Virus record (IMG/VR): IMGVR_UViG_3300014204_000130
Coordinates: 1 to 64,000 of that record
Direction: 5' to 3' (one strand)
Source of the DNA: a virus
Lineage: Duplodnaviria > Caudoviricetes
Length of the DNA stretch: 64,000 bases
Positions 40,224 to 49,774 of this stretch are shown piece after piece. A model generated the notes under the pieces. It worked only from the letters and a program-made list of their open reading frames with translations. It did not search any database and was not told where the DNA came from. Position numbers and translations under genes: made by a program. Every line of letters begins with the position of its first letter. Position 1 is the first letter of the stretch.

Positions 40224-41783
40224 ATGAGTAAAAAGAAACGACATGTACAAATTGGACAGGTTTGGAAGCATTGTGCAACATCCAACATGTATTTGATCGA
40301 GAAATTTACAAGCGATTCCAGTAGTGAAAAGACAATGGTGATATACAAATCGCTGAAAGACAATCGGCATTGGAATCGTCTTTTGGAAGAATTCCTTTCT
40401 CCGGGAAGATTTGAATATTATGGAGAGTATACGACAGATGCCAGTCGCATTGAAAAAGAACTTGGAATTTCTTTGGAAGAACAAAAGATATTGAAACTTC
40501 ACGCCGAAAACAAAGATTTACATGAACGTCTTCAAAAATCTAGTAAACTTAGTGTTGATCAATACAAACTAAATCTTGAATTGCGGAATCAAATTCAAAA
40601 ACTTGAGCACCCATTGAACTCGGAGAAGTTAGTTCCGGAACCAATTTGGGGAGAAATCCCGACTCCAAAATTCGATTCTTCCGTGTTATCTCCGGGAGAA
40701 CCTGAAAAAGTTAAGGACGAAGAAATTCAAAGATGGAAAGTTGAAAATACCAGATTAAATACCCGGCTTGAACATTTTAAAAAGGCATATCGAGAGAAAC
40801 ATGAACATTTAAAAATGTTATATGGTGAACGAAATAATCTTGAAGAGTCCAACAAAAGACTCTCCGATGAAGTTCGGAAATTGCGAGAAGAATGCAAAAA
40901 CAAAGCAAGTGTGATACATTTGGAGAAAACTTCCAAACAAGTTGCAATGGATAATTCAATTGCATTCGATGCCGTATTGAATGCAAAGATTACAAAGTTG
41001 GAAAAGGAATTGCAAGATGTAAATTGTAAACTGGATAATTCCAAAATAATGTTACATGATGAACGCGATAAAGTTCTGGGATTTCAGAAAGAATGTAGGA
41101 TCAAAGAGAATCTCATAAGCATTAAAGATGTAAAATTCCAAGAATTGGAAGCTAAGTACAAAGAACTTGAATCCTCTGCAAATCTGACAATTGCCGCTTT
41201 GAACCATACCGTCGATGAATTGAAACGCGAGAATTTCGAATGGATTCGAAACCATGACGGATATTTGGAACATACTCTCATTAAGGATAATAAAATTGCA
41301 GAGTTGGAAAAGGAATTGCAGAAAGTTACATCGGAAAAAGTAACTGCTGAAAAAGATTGCCAGTCGTTGCAGTTGAAAATGAGTAAATTGTGTGAAGAAA
41401 ATGGTATTTTGAAAACTCAAATTCTTCGACAAGAATCCTGTTCTAACAAAATGAATAATGAACAGACATCGACAATCGGAAAACAACGTGAACAAATTCA
41501 TGCATTGCAAATGAAAATAAATTCGTTGGAAAATGTTAAGAACTCTGACCTGATCAAACATCTTGATAACAGCATTGCAAAGTTGCAGATTGAGGTTGAA
41601 CGGCAAGAGAAAGAAGTCGAACGTTTGAAAACTGAAATCTCTCTGTTGCAAGCATACAAGTTCGGAAAGAAATTGCCGAAAGAAATCGAATTCAAAATAC
41701 AATCTCTGGAAGGAACCATCGACCGATTGAATTCTCGGATAAAAGGCATTCAAAATTTTGTAGGTCAAAGTAAGGAAGAATAA
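40224..41783 (+). CDS. DUF1653-like N-terminal domain plus long coiled coil
   Basis: GQVWKH...MVIYKSL...W.R..EEF..GRF then heptads. Confidence 0.7.
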   Translation: MSKKKRHVQIGQVWKHCATSNMYLIEKFTSDSSSEKTMVIYKSLKDNRHWNRLLEEFLSPGRFEYYGEYTTDASRIEKELGISLEEQKILKLHAENKDLHERLQKSSKLSVDQYKLNLELRNQIQKLEHPLNSEKLVPEPIWGEIPTPKFDSSVLSPGEPEKVKDEEIQRWKVENTRLNTRLEHFKKAYREKHEHLKMLYGERNNLEESNKRLSDEVRKLREECKNKASVIHLEKTSKQVAMDNSIAFDAVLNAKITKLEKELQDVNCKLDNSKIMLHDERDKVLGFQKECRIKENLISIKDVKFQELEAKYKELESSANLTIAALNHTVDELKRENFEWIRNHDGYLEHTLIKDNKIAELEKELQKVTSEKVTAEKDCQSLQLKMSKLCEENGILKTQILRQESCSNKMNNEQTSTIGKQREQIHALQMKINSLENVKNSDLIKHLDNSIAKLQIEVERQEKEVERLKTEISLLQAYKFGKKLPKEIEFKIQSLEGTIDRLNSRIKGIQNFVGQSKEE

Positions 41784-41784
41784 C

Positions 41785-41976
41785 ATGAGAAAGGTAATTC
41801 TTGCAGATGATGGATGTGAATTTTCCGATGTCGAAACGTGTCAATTCTATGAAGAGAATGAAATGCCACATCGGGCCATCATTAATAAGATCTTACAGAT
41901 GGATCACTCCGGAGAAAGTCGGGAAGAGATTTATCAAGCGATTCGATATGCATTTAAAATACAAATCGTAAAATGA
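41785..41976 (+). CDS. Hypothetical protein
   Basis: ADDGCEF..C..YE; coupled ORF. Confidence 0.55.
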   Translation: MRKVILADDGCEFSDVETCQFYEENEMPHRAIINKILQMDHSGESREEIYQAIRYAFKIQIVK

Positions 41977-41993
41977 AGTAAGGAGGTAAGCAT

Positions 41994-42143
41994 ATGGCTA
42001 ATTGGGGTGGATTTTCTTGGAAGAGGTTTTTCGGTATCTCCGGTGCGAAGGCCAAGATCGGTCGGACTCTTGGTATCCCCACGACAAAGGGTGGTCGTCA
42101 ACGTAAGGTAGGTGGTTTGCTTTACTGGTTGTTTGGGTGGTAG
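41994..42143 (+). CDS. Small basic protein (49 aa)
   Basis: Not in ORF track; AAGGAGG RBS; MANWGGFSWKRFFGISGAKAKIGRTLGIPTTKGGRQRKVGG... Confidence 0.75.
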   Translation: MANWGGFSWKRFFGISGAKAKIGRTLGIPTTKGGRQRKVGGLLYWLFGW

Positions 42144-42230
42144 ATTTCTTGCCTCGCGCACGCGGGCCTGCGTATGCGTATGCGCGTGCGCGAGGCGTTT
42201 AAAAATTTTGTCCAAGATTGGAATTTCATT

Positions 42231-42780
42231 ATGAGCGTAAGAACTGTTGGTGACATGCAGAGAATCGTAGATCGAAAAGATCAAATGATTACAAAACTTG
42301 AAAAACGAATACTGGAGAAGAACAAAGAGATAACACAATTGATTAAAACGGCAACATCTTATGAACATTGCATTAAGAAGTTGGAATTGAAGATGCTTTC
42401 CGTTGAGAAAAAAAAGAATTCGACAAATTTGGAGACTGATAATGAAAGACATAATTGTAAAGATTAAACATGCACTTGACAAGAAATATGTATTCGATCA
42501 ACCAGGAGAAGTAACACGAGATCCATTGAAAGATATTAAAATTCTTTTACAAGAAATAAATACAATTCAAATTCGGGAAGCTCTTGTTGCAAAACATCGG
42601 GATGAGATTCAGAAATTATTTGATGAGAATTGTAAACATTCCGACAGACAATATAAAAGAATAATAGAATTGTATGAGAAGATACTGGAATGGAAATGTA
42701 GAATGGGGTCTACAGATTTTTATAGTAGCAAAGACATTGTGAAAGAAATGACATCTTTGTTGGAAGAAATTAAGAAATGA
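42231..42780 (+). other. Two coiled-coil hypothetical ORFs (42231-42467, 42442-42780)
   Basis: ORF track with refined starts. Confidence 0.5.
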
Positions 42781-43250
42781 ATAACACCGAAGTAATAAAG
42801 ATTTTAAAAGATTTTGCAAATGGAGAAAAGATTGTAGCTGAACATGTTCCATTTGGAATAACTTTGTCTGGACTTCGGGAAGCGTTGAACATTGCATTTT
42901 CAACAGGAATGATAAATACAATATTATGCAGACCTCCCGTTGAAGGATACCATCCTCCTCCGGTTGAAAAAGTACAACCCCCCATTCCAACTCCATCACC
43001 GGGAACTATGAAACCGAAAGAATGTTTGCATGAAAATACAAAAGAACTTCCACATCATATTCATAAAGTTAAAACGATTTGTGCTGATTGTGGAAAGTTT
43101 ATAAAGTGGGGAAGTATAAACATAACTCCGACAGAATACTTGAAGAGTATGATACGTATTGCTGAGATGCGAAAACTATCGAAAGGTTGGGTTTGTGGAA
43201 AGTTTAAAAATAAATTTAAAAGAGAACCGACAGTAGATGAAATGGAATAA
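42777..43250 (+). CDS. Hypothetical protein with Zn ribbon and helicase-C-terminal-like motif
   Basis: C.H...CADCGKFIKW; SKGWVCGKFKNKFKREP. Confidence 0.55.
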   Translation: MNNTEVIKILKDFANGEKIVAEHVPFGITLSGLREALNIAFSTGMINTILCRPPVEGYHPPPVEKVQPPIPTPSPGTMKPKECLHENTKELPHHIHKVKTICADCGKFIKWGSINITPTEYLKSMIRIAEMRKLSKGWVCGKFKNKFKREPTVDEME

Positions 43251-43252
43251 CA

Positions 43253-43531
43253 ATGAATAAATTTGAATTTCTAGTAATCGTTGGATGGTTGTTAATTATT
43301 TTTGTACTATGGAATCCCATTTCACACCAAGAAAAATATTACAAATTGACAATGCAACAACCCGATGGAACTCAGAAAATATTTATTGGTAGGTCTGCAC
43401 AGTCTAATCGTGGAAGTGCTTCTTGGATATCGAAAGATATGAAGTATCATGTATTCACAGGCCCGCATTGGTTGGATGAAGTATCTTCCGATACGTTTAA
43501 CAATTTTAAATTGAAAGGTGAAAAAGAATGA
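43253..43531 (+). CDS. Small membrane-anchored protein
   Basis: N-terminal TM segment. Confidence 0.55.
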   Translation: MNKFEFLVIVGWLLIIFVLWNPISHQEKYYKLTMQQPDGTQKIFIGRSAQSNRGSASWISKDMKYHVFTGPHWLDEVSSDTFNNFKLKGEKE

Positions 43532-43791
43532 GCTTCGCAATTTATAAATATCCGATTAACAATGAAAGTTATCAACAAATTAATATGCCCAAAGATGCAA
43601 AGATTCTATCAGTACAATTGCAGAACAATATGCCATGCATTTGGGCCATGGTAAATCTTGACAATCCAATGGAAATTCGAAAATTCTATTGGTTCTTTAC
43701 GGGAGAACAAATGGATGATCCCGATGCATATACATACATTGCAACTTTCCAATTGGGTTGGATGGTTTGTCATTTGTTTGAGGAGAAGTAA
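43528..43791 (+). CDS. Conserved-looking phage hypothetical protein
   Basis: IYKYP...MPKDAKILSVQLQ...CIWAMV...TG...YIATFQ...HLFE. Confidence 0.7.
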   Translation: MSFAIYKYPINNESYQQINMPKDAKILSVQLQNNMPCIWAMVNLDNPMEIRKFYWFFTGEQMDDPDAYTYIATFQLGWMVCHLFEEK

Positions 43792-43792
43792 T

Positions 43793-43999
43793 ATGGAAGA
43801 ATTTTCAACAAGTTGGATGTGCCCTAAATGCTTACGTCATCATGGAAGTCAGGATGCCTATTACAGTGAACCAGTTCCAATGAAGCTTATACAGATTATA
43901 GGACCGATGTATACATTGATCGTCACCTGTCGGGCATGTGGGTATCAGACGACCATGAAGACTGCCGACTACCCAAAATTAACGGAGATAGTTGATTGA
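43793..43999 (+). CDS. Zn-ribbon protein
   Basis: GAGGAG RBS; CPKC...CRACGY. Confidence 0.6.
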   Translation: MEEFSTSWMCPKCLRHHGSQDAYYSEPVPMKLIQIIGPMYTLIVTCRACGYQTTMKTADYPKLTEIVD

Positions 44000-44025
44000 C
44001 AAAAGTGCTATCTCTGTGATAGTAT
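43996..44025 (+). promoter_or_regulatory. sigma70 promoter with AAGTGCTA box
   Basis: TTGACA-N18-TAGTAT. Confidence 0.6.
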
Positions 44026-44042
44026 TATGTATGGAGGTGCCT

Positions 44043-44360
44043 ATGATAACTGAAGAAGAAAATCCCTTTCCTCCGGATGACCCTGGAGAACCGATTGTCC
44101 AGCAAAAGACGGAAACTCCTTCGAAAGAATTTCCTACGGAGTGCATGTATCGGTTGAAAGCCTTGGCAAAAGAGAAGGGATACAAGTCGGGATATGTCGC
44201 CGTGAATTTCCGGAAGATCTTTAATCGATGGCCGACATATGCCGAAGGTGGGAATCCTCCTCGGAGGCAGAGATCTTGGATGAATTACGTTTGGGGAAAT
44301 GAAGATTCCGATGATGATCCCATGGGATTCGGACATCCCGACGATTTTGGAGATAATTGA
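44043..44360 (+). CDS. Hypothetical protein with helicase-C-terminal-like motif
   Basis: GGAGG RBS; AKEKGYKSGYV...FRKIFNRWP. Confidence 0.6.
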   Translation: MITEEENPFPPDDPGEPIVQQKTETPSKEFPTECMYRLKALAKEKGYKSGYVAVNFRKIFNRWPTYAEGGNPPRRQRSWMNYVWGNEDSDDDPMGFGHPDDFGDN

Positions 44361-44458
44361 ATGTTGATTCTTCCCGTGATAGAAAAGATGGCGATTGAAT
44401 TGGGAATGCTCGTACTGATCTTGACGACGTTGGGATTCATACATCCGGGAGATATAGA

Positions 44459-45517
44459 ATGATTGAAATGGAAACCAAAATAAATAAAAATTGTGGGATG
44501 CGGAAACCACATAATCTAAAAGGATGCATCGAAAGAACTGGTTTAAGTTTTAAAGAATTTGCCATTAAACTTGGAATTCAAACATCCTATTTAATGTCTC
44601 TGTTAAATCGGGTTGTTTCAATGCCGAAAAGTACCAAGAAACGAGCATATGCAATTATACGTGAAATTGAAAGTAATTGCCCTTTGCCAAGTAATGAAAT
44701 TGTAAGGAGTGAGATCATGAAGGATTTGAACATTGAAAATAAACCCGATTTGACAATTGAGGAGATTTCCAAATATCCTAGCAATGTTACCACTGAAAAT
44801 GTACATCCTTTGAAAATAGAAATAATGAAAACTGGAATTTCATTTTCAAAGATAGCCAGAGAAATTGGTATTGGCGTTGGAAAATTATCCAACATGTTAA
44901 ATTTATCTGGAACTAGTCGAATGACTCCTGAATATGAAAATCTAATTCGTGAATTTTTGGAGTTGTCCAAATCAGTTAAAGTAATCACCATAGAAAGTCC
45001 TATAATTAAAAAAATTACATTCGAACCAAGTCCTTTGAAAACAGCATTGGTAAATTTGATCAAAGAATGTAAACAAGAGCGAGATCAAATGAAAAATCTG
45101 AAGAATTCAAATCAGAATACTTCTTTGGAGATTGATAATTTACATATTCAAATTGAGAAATTAAATGATGAATTAAATTGTAATATTGAGAAATTAAATG
45201 ATTCCGATTTGGATAGATTAAATTTGTTGAATGTAATTAATAATATGGTTGGAAAATGTCCAGTTTGTGGAGGTTCGCTGGCATGTAATTCGACAGGTGA
45301 TAGTTTTACTTGTCTTGAACCCGAATGTTTCTTTGCCGAACGAACTTTAACTTGGAAGCAATTATGTATTATCCGACAATACGAATTAGAAGAGTTCCCA
45401 GATTCATTTGACGATGAGTTGGATCTTTCGGATGTCGTTGACAATATCGATCCTCCATATGAGAGTTTGTTATTCGGGATCGATGGAAATATCTTGAACC
45501 CTCGTAAACCCGCATGA
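44459..45517 (+). CDS. Tandem XRE-type HTH regulator with coiled coil and Zn ribbon
   Basis: TGLSFKEFAIKLGIQTSYL and TGISFSKIAREIGIGVGKLSNMLN; CPVCGG...C...C. Confidence 0.7.
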   Translation: MIEMETKINKNCGMRKPHNLKGCIERTGLSFKEFAIKLGIQTSYLMSLLNRVVSMPKSTKKRAYAIIREIESNCPLPSNEIVRSEIMKDLNIENKPDLTIEEISKYPSNVTTENVHPLKIEIMKTGISFSKIAREIGIGVGKLSNMLNLSGTSRMTPEYENLIREFLELSKSVKVITIESPIIKKITFEPSPLKTALVNLIKECKQERDQMKNLKNSNQNTSLEIDNLHIQIEKLNDELNCNIEKLNDSDLDRLNLLNVINNMVGKCPVCGGSLACNSTGDSFTCLEPECFFAERTLTWKQLCIIRQYELEEFPDSFDDELDLSDVVDNIDPPYESLLFGIDGNILNPRKPA

Positions 45518-45687
45518 ATAAAGCATCCTCCCGCGTGTGCGCGTAGGAATTGCACGCGGGAGGATGGGAGGGGGGGGGTAACACCCTGTCAGAAAATATT
45601 TTGAAATTCCAATGAACTCCTGAGTGGTACGTATGGAAAATTACTTTACGTATAAATTAAATCTTTTGTTAGACGAAGGAATTGTAA

Positions 45688-46806
45688 ATGATATTCGTAA
45701 TAAATGGAAACTCTGGCGTAATAATGGGACAATTGACAGAAGTGAAATTTGAAAATGAAGATATTGCTTTCCAAATTCCAATAACTGAAGAACGTAAATT
45801 TGTTGAGAATGTCATTTATCATATGAATATTGGAAATGTTCGACATGTTGTTCTTGAAGATGGAAAATTTATTCTCCCGAAAGGAATGTTGAAAAATGTA
45901 TATTTCTGGGGAAAGGAATATGAATAAAGAGGAAATTTCAATTCTACTGTATATAATTGCAATAATGAACTGGTCGAAATATCAGATGAAAGAACTTGGG
46001 AAAGTACAACGGATAGACAGTCTTTTGTTGGACAGTTTGTGAAAAAATTACAATGAATGGTATTGAAGATGGATCACATATAGATATTACAACTTTGGAC
46101 GTATATATCTGTCCCAAATGTGGAACTATGAAATCAGGGAAGGAGAAGTAGAAAAATATGAACTGTTGTCGATGTAATTTCCGAGAAGCAGAAGAACATG
46201 CGCCATATTGTCATATCTGCGATAAATTTTACAGTAAGGAAGAAGTGAATCGTATTCTGAAATACGTGGAGGACAATAAATACACAAATTGTAAAATGGT
46301 ACAGCAAGGAGACTTACAGGTAAAACTGTCTCTCGCCAAAAGTTATAAGGAGTTGGAAGAACATGATCGAGAATTAGAAAGAACTGCCAGTTTAACCTTC
46401 CGAAGATTGCCGGGAGATAAACGATTAATTTTCATGATAGTGAAGAATGATAACCGGGAAACCGTCGAATAATTTCGTCCAACAAAAGACAGTTTGTGAA
46501 AAAATCACAATGTATAAGGAATCTGACATGATAACCCTGAAACCCCTCCCGTATAAATTGGCAAAAAGAATATTCCTTTCAGACCCCGGAGGAATGTTCC
46601 ATCAGAGAGGAGTAAGATTGAACTTCGGTATAAAATATGGAATACAAGGAACGGACATATCGATCATCAATATTCTAAGAGATGTGAATTACGACCATTA
46701 CAAATTTGCATTCTATTGGTATCCGGGAAAGGAAATTAATTTCCGGGATATTATGCTTAGAAATAAATTGGAGACGCTGATAAATGGAGGAGTAGAATTT
46801 TCGTAA
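45688..46806 (+). other. Small hypothetical ORFs (45688-45927, 46158-46472, 46528-46806)
   Basis: AAGGA/GGAG RBSs. Confidence 0.5.
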
Positions 46807-47546
46807 TATTTTTTGACAGTCTTTTAAAAGACGGAATTTCCCAGTAGGACCGTAAACTGTGAATTTGGAATTCCGTCTTTTGTTGGACAGAATTTTGAAA
46901 GTTGAGAATTTAACATGTCACTTTGTCCAAGATGTAAAGTAAATGAGAAACAAATATTTAAGACAGGTAAAGTCGGTGCATATTGTAGAGAATGCCAGAA
47001 ACATTACCATGATAGGTATTATTATGGTGAAGGTGGTAAACCTGTGAAGATTCCGAAACCCCCGAAACTTCCAAGAATCCCGAAAACAATTTGTCCAAGA
47101 TGTAAAGTAAATGAGAAACATAAATTTCCAAATTGCATGGCTGCTTATTGTTTGGTATGCGTCCGAGAAGTGGATAAGGAAACACATAAACGAAGAATGT
47201 TGGAAGATCCCGTCGAGATAAAACGAAAACATCACTTGGCCGTTCAAAGATATCAGAGGAAGACAGATCCTGAAAGATTTCGTCGATATAGAAAGATGGG
47301 TATGAAGGAAATAGACACTTCATTGACATTGGCATTCGTAATGGATTGGTTTAATGGTGAATGTCAGGAATGCTTTAATATCTGTGAATTCGGAGGAGAG
47401 TATAAACCAACAATTGATTATATAGTTCCGTTGAAGTCTGGAGGACAACATGTGAAGGAAAACGTAAGGCTGTTGTGTAGAAGTTGTATGCAAATAAAAT
47501 GGAGAAATTCTATTTCATAATATTTTTGGACAGTCTTTTAAAAGAC
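46804..47546. repeat. 29-bp direct repeats (46804-46832, 47518-47546) flanking HNH-like gene
   Basis: TAATATTTTT(T/G)GACAGTCTTTTAAAAGAC, one mismatch. Confidence 0.85.
46915..47520 (+). CDS. Zn-finger HNH-fold protein, catalytically degenerate
   Basis: Two CPRCKVNEK repeats; CQEC...IDYIVPLKSGG.H..ENVRLLCRSCMQIK. Confidence 0.75.
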   Translation: MSLCPRCKVNEKQIFKTGKVGAYCRECQKHYHDRYYYGEGGKPVKIPKPPKLPRIPKTICPRCKVNEKHKFPNCMAAYCLVCVREVDKETHKRRMLEDPVEIKRKHHLAVQRYQRKTDPERFRRYRKMGMKEIDTSLTLAFVMDWFNGECQECFNICEFGGEYKPTIDYIVPLKSGGQHVKENVRLLCRSCMQIKWRNSIS

Positions 47547-47550
47547 ACCT

Positions 47551-47587
47551 ACCCCTCTTGTCTGTATGGAAAGAGGGGTTTCTTTTT
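47551..47587 (+). terminator. Rho-independent terminator ending the middle arm
   Basis: ACCCCTCTT-N11-AAGAGGGGT then TTCTTTTT. Confidence 0.75.
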
Positions 47588-48301
47588 GTCCAACGTTGGA
47601 ATTTGAGAGCCGAAGGCTTCCTGTTGAGATGGGGTTGTCTAAGATTGGACAGTTATAAATTCGTTGCTTGTCTAAGATTGGACTCCTGTTGAGATGGGTA
47701 GAGAATTGGGAGGAAAAAGAATGGGTTACGGATGATATGGAAAAGTTGGTTATGCATCCATATACCACATGAAGTACTGCCGTACCCTCCGCATTTTCCG
47801 GAAATGCTCGCATTATTTTATTCCACCGTACAACCCGCATCAACACACGTTCTCCACAGTCGTACATATAGCACCGTACTAGCTGTACCGTACTCTCATA
47901 CCTTGCAAACGCTGATCAATACTCATTTTCCACGAATCAATGATATGCACGCCGAAAGTACAAGTCGATATGGTTGGTGCATTATGCACGGCAATGAAAA
48001 GTGGAAAACTCGTAGGAATGGCTTAAAATGGAAAAAGGTAGAATTGCCTGGGAATGGTCGGAAAAAACTTGTCCAGCAAAAGACTGGGAAAAACTGATAC
48101 TCCTGAGTATCAAAATTTTAAAATGCGGTTTTGTAACCAGTCCGTGAAATATTGCAGTCTTTTAAAAGATTTTTCGGAATGGCCATTCCTATTGTATTGG
48201 CGATTCAAAAATTCTCTCCTCTTCTCCATGGGGAAGTATAGAGTAGGGGGAAGGGTAAGATTCTATATTGAAAAAATAGTTATCGAGAATGAAGAAAACA
48301 T

Positions 48302-48330
48302 TTGACAAGTGCTAGCACTCGGAGTAACGT
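48302..48330 (+). promoter_or_regulatory. sigma70 promoter with palindromic operator AGTGCTAGCACT
   Basis: TTGACA-N17-TAACGT. Confidence 0.65.
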
Positions 48331-48336
48331 ATTTCT

Positions 48337-48848
48337 TGTAAGTGCATTTTAAAACTTACTCCCTTCTTGGAAGGGGATTGCCCAAAAATTTGAAAAGTGA
48401 ATCGGCAAGAGTAGACGAAAGGCCAAAAATCTCTCCCCCGCCGGAAACGGCGAAAAACCTAGCTTCAGGGGAGGTAAAGTTTATCAGGATACAACGCCTT
48501 AGCATCCGTCTACTATCCAAAACGTGATTAAAGTGTCACGTGTCGGAACGGCGCAAGGATACGGCGATATCTCGAAAGTCTCCCGAAGTAGAAAATCAGA
48601 GATGAGTAGAATACCGTAAGCGTATTAAATGGCAAGAGGTAAGATACCCGGCCACCCGCAAGGGTAAAAGTGAACCGATATACAAGTGATATCACGGGCA
48701 ATGGTATAACCTACCCTCTCCCCCTACTCTCTCGTGAGAATGTCGGAAGGACGAAAGTATACCAAAGTGAATGCGGATAGCTAGAAAAATGCGTGTTGTA
48801 GTAAGCTTGGTAACTGTTTTTCGTCATGCGATACCCTTACCGATTCAC
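48337..48848 (+). ncRNA. Large structured non-coding RNA candidate, family not recognised
   Basis: Promoter directly upstream, no credible ORF, closing stem 48397-48405/48840-48848, many nested stems, GNRA hairpins, possible pseudoknots. Confidence 0.65.
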
Positions 48849-48857
48849 AACGTTCTT

Positions 48858-49224
48858 TGAAAAGTGCATCGGGAAAACCCCTTTCTACTCAGTAGTAAAA
48901 ATCATTCCCGTTTCAGGGAATGATAAATTAATTTAAAAGGAGTCAATATGAAAAACAATATCATTCTCCCTGAAATTTTCGGCAAGCTTACTTCCGACAA
49001 CGCCGTGGTTCAGAATACCAATGAGGCATACAAGCGCGGTATTGCCATGCAAAAAGCAGTAAAGGAAGCTGAAAAAACGGTAAAGTTGGCTAGCGATTCC
49101 TTTCAAGCCGAACTCATTGCGCGTGCTTCTGACTTACACGTGGTCATTCTGACCATGAAAGCATCTACCATTACCAAGTAAGCACTTGTGACCTGACTTC
49201 CGGTTTTTCCCGATGCACTTTTCA
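48858..49224. repeat. Perfect 20-bp inverted repeat (48858-48877/49205-49224) enclosing a small gene
   Basis: TGAAAAGTGCATCGGGAAAA / TTTTCCCGATGCACTTTTCA. Confidence 0.9.
48948..49181 (+). CDS. Small helical hypothetical protein (77 aa)
   Basis: AAAAGGAG RBS. Confidence 0.75.
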   Translation: MKNNIILPEIFGKLTSDNAVVQNTNEAYKRGIAMQKAVKEAEKTVKLASDSFQAELIARASDLHVVILTMKASTITK

Positions 49225-49375
49225 TCCCGGCTCATGTTGCTTGTATGCGTTCGGCTTACTGGTTCTTCAGTTTGCGCGTGCTGCATGTTTTCATGAGCCG
49301 GTTGTCCTGTTCTCTTCTGTTTCTCGTATCGGATTTTTTTCCGGACAACATTTTTTCCGAAAGGAGATTGCCAAA

Positions 49376-49774
49376 ATGAATACACTTGTAGAATTGAAAA
49401 AATCAATTCAGGCTTGCAAGGAAGTTATCTCACTTTGCAAGTCGAGTAATGGGGAATATTGTCTCTTGGCAATCTCTCCGAGAAAAACGGGATTTGCCCG
49501 GAGTATGTTTTTCCGGGCGATTCAAAACAATGTCCGTTCCATTCTACCCAAAGGGGTATATGGAACATTCATGGAAGATGGGGAACATGTTACGGTGGAA
49601 GTATCGCCGGAACATGTTCCTTGTCTGGTAGAAAGAATGGAAAAGAAATACATTGTTTCCATTCTGTCTGATTCAAGGATTGACGAGAGACAATCCTTAT
49701 CACCACGTGAAACACAGTGCAAGAAAACAAGACGAGTTACCGCTTGCACTTCCTCTACTCGGACAAATAAGTAG
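49376..49774 (+). CDS. Hypothetical protein
   Basis: AAAGGAG RBS; start MNTLVELKK. Confidence 0.65.
   Translation: MNTLVELKKSIQACKEVISLCKSSNGEYCLLAISPRKTGFARSMFFRAIQNNVRSILPKGVYGTFMEDGEHVTVEVSPEHVPCLVERMEKKYIVSILSDSRIDERQSLSPRETQCKKTRRVTACTSSTRTNK

Noticed and set aside
48308-48324. TAGCACTC resembling a CIRCE half-site
   Set aside because: No TTAGCACTC-N9-GAGTGCTAA arrangement
47538-48527. ORF-track calls in the putative terminus and ncRNA region
   Set aside because: No RBS, mostly non-ATG starts, overlap terminator, promoter and repeats
49698-49714. CACGTGAAACA resembling parS
   Set aside because: Left half does not match; single copy in a CDS
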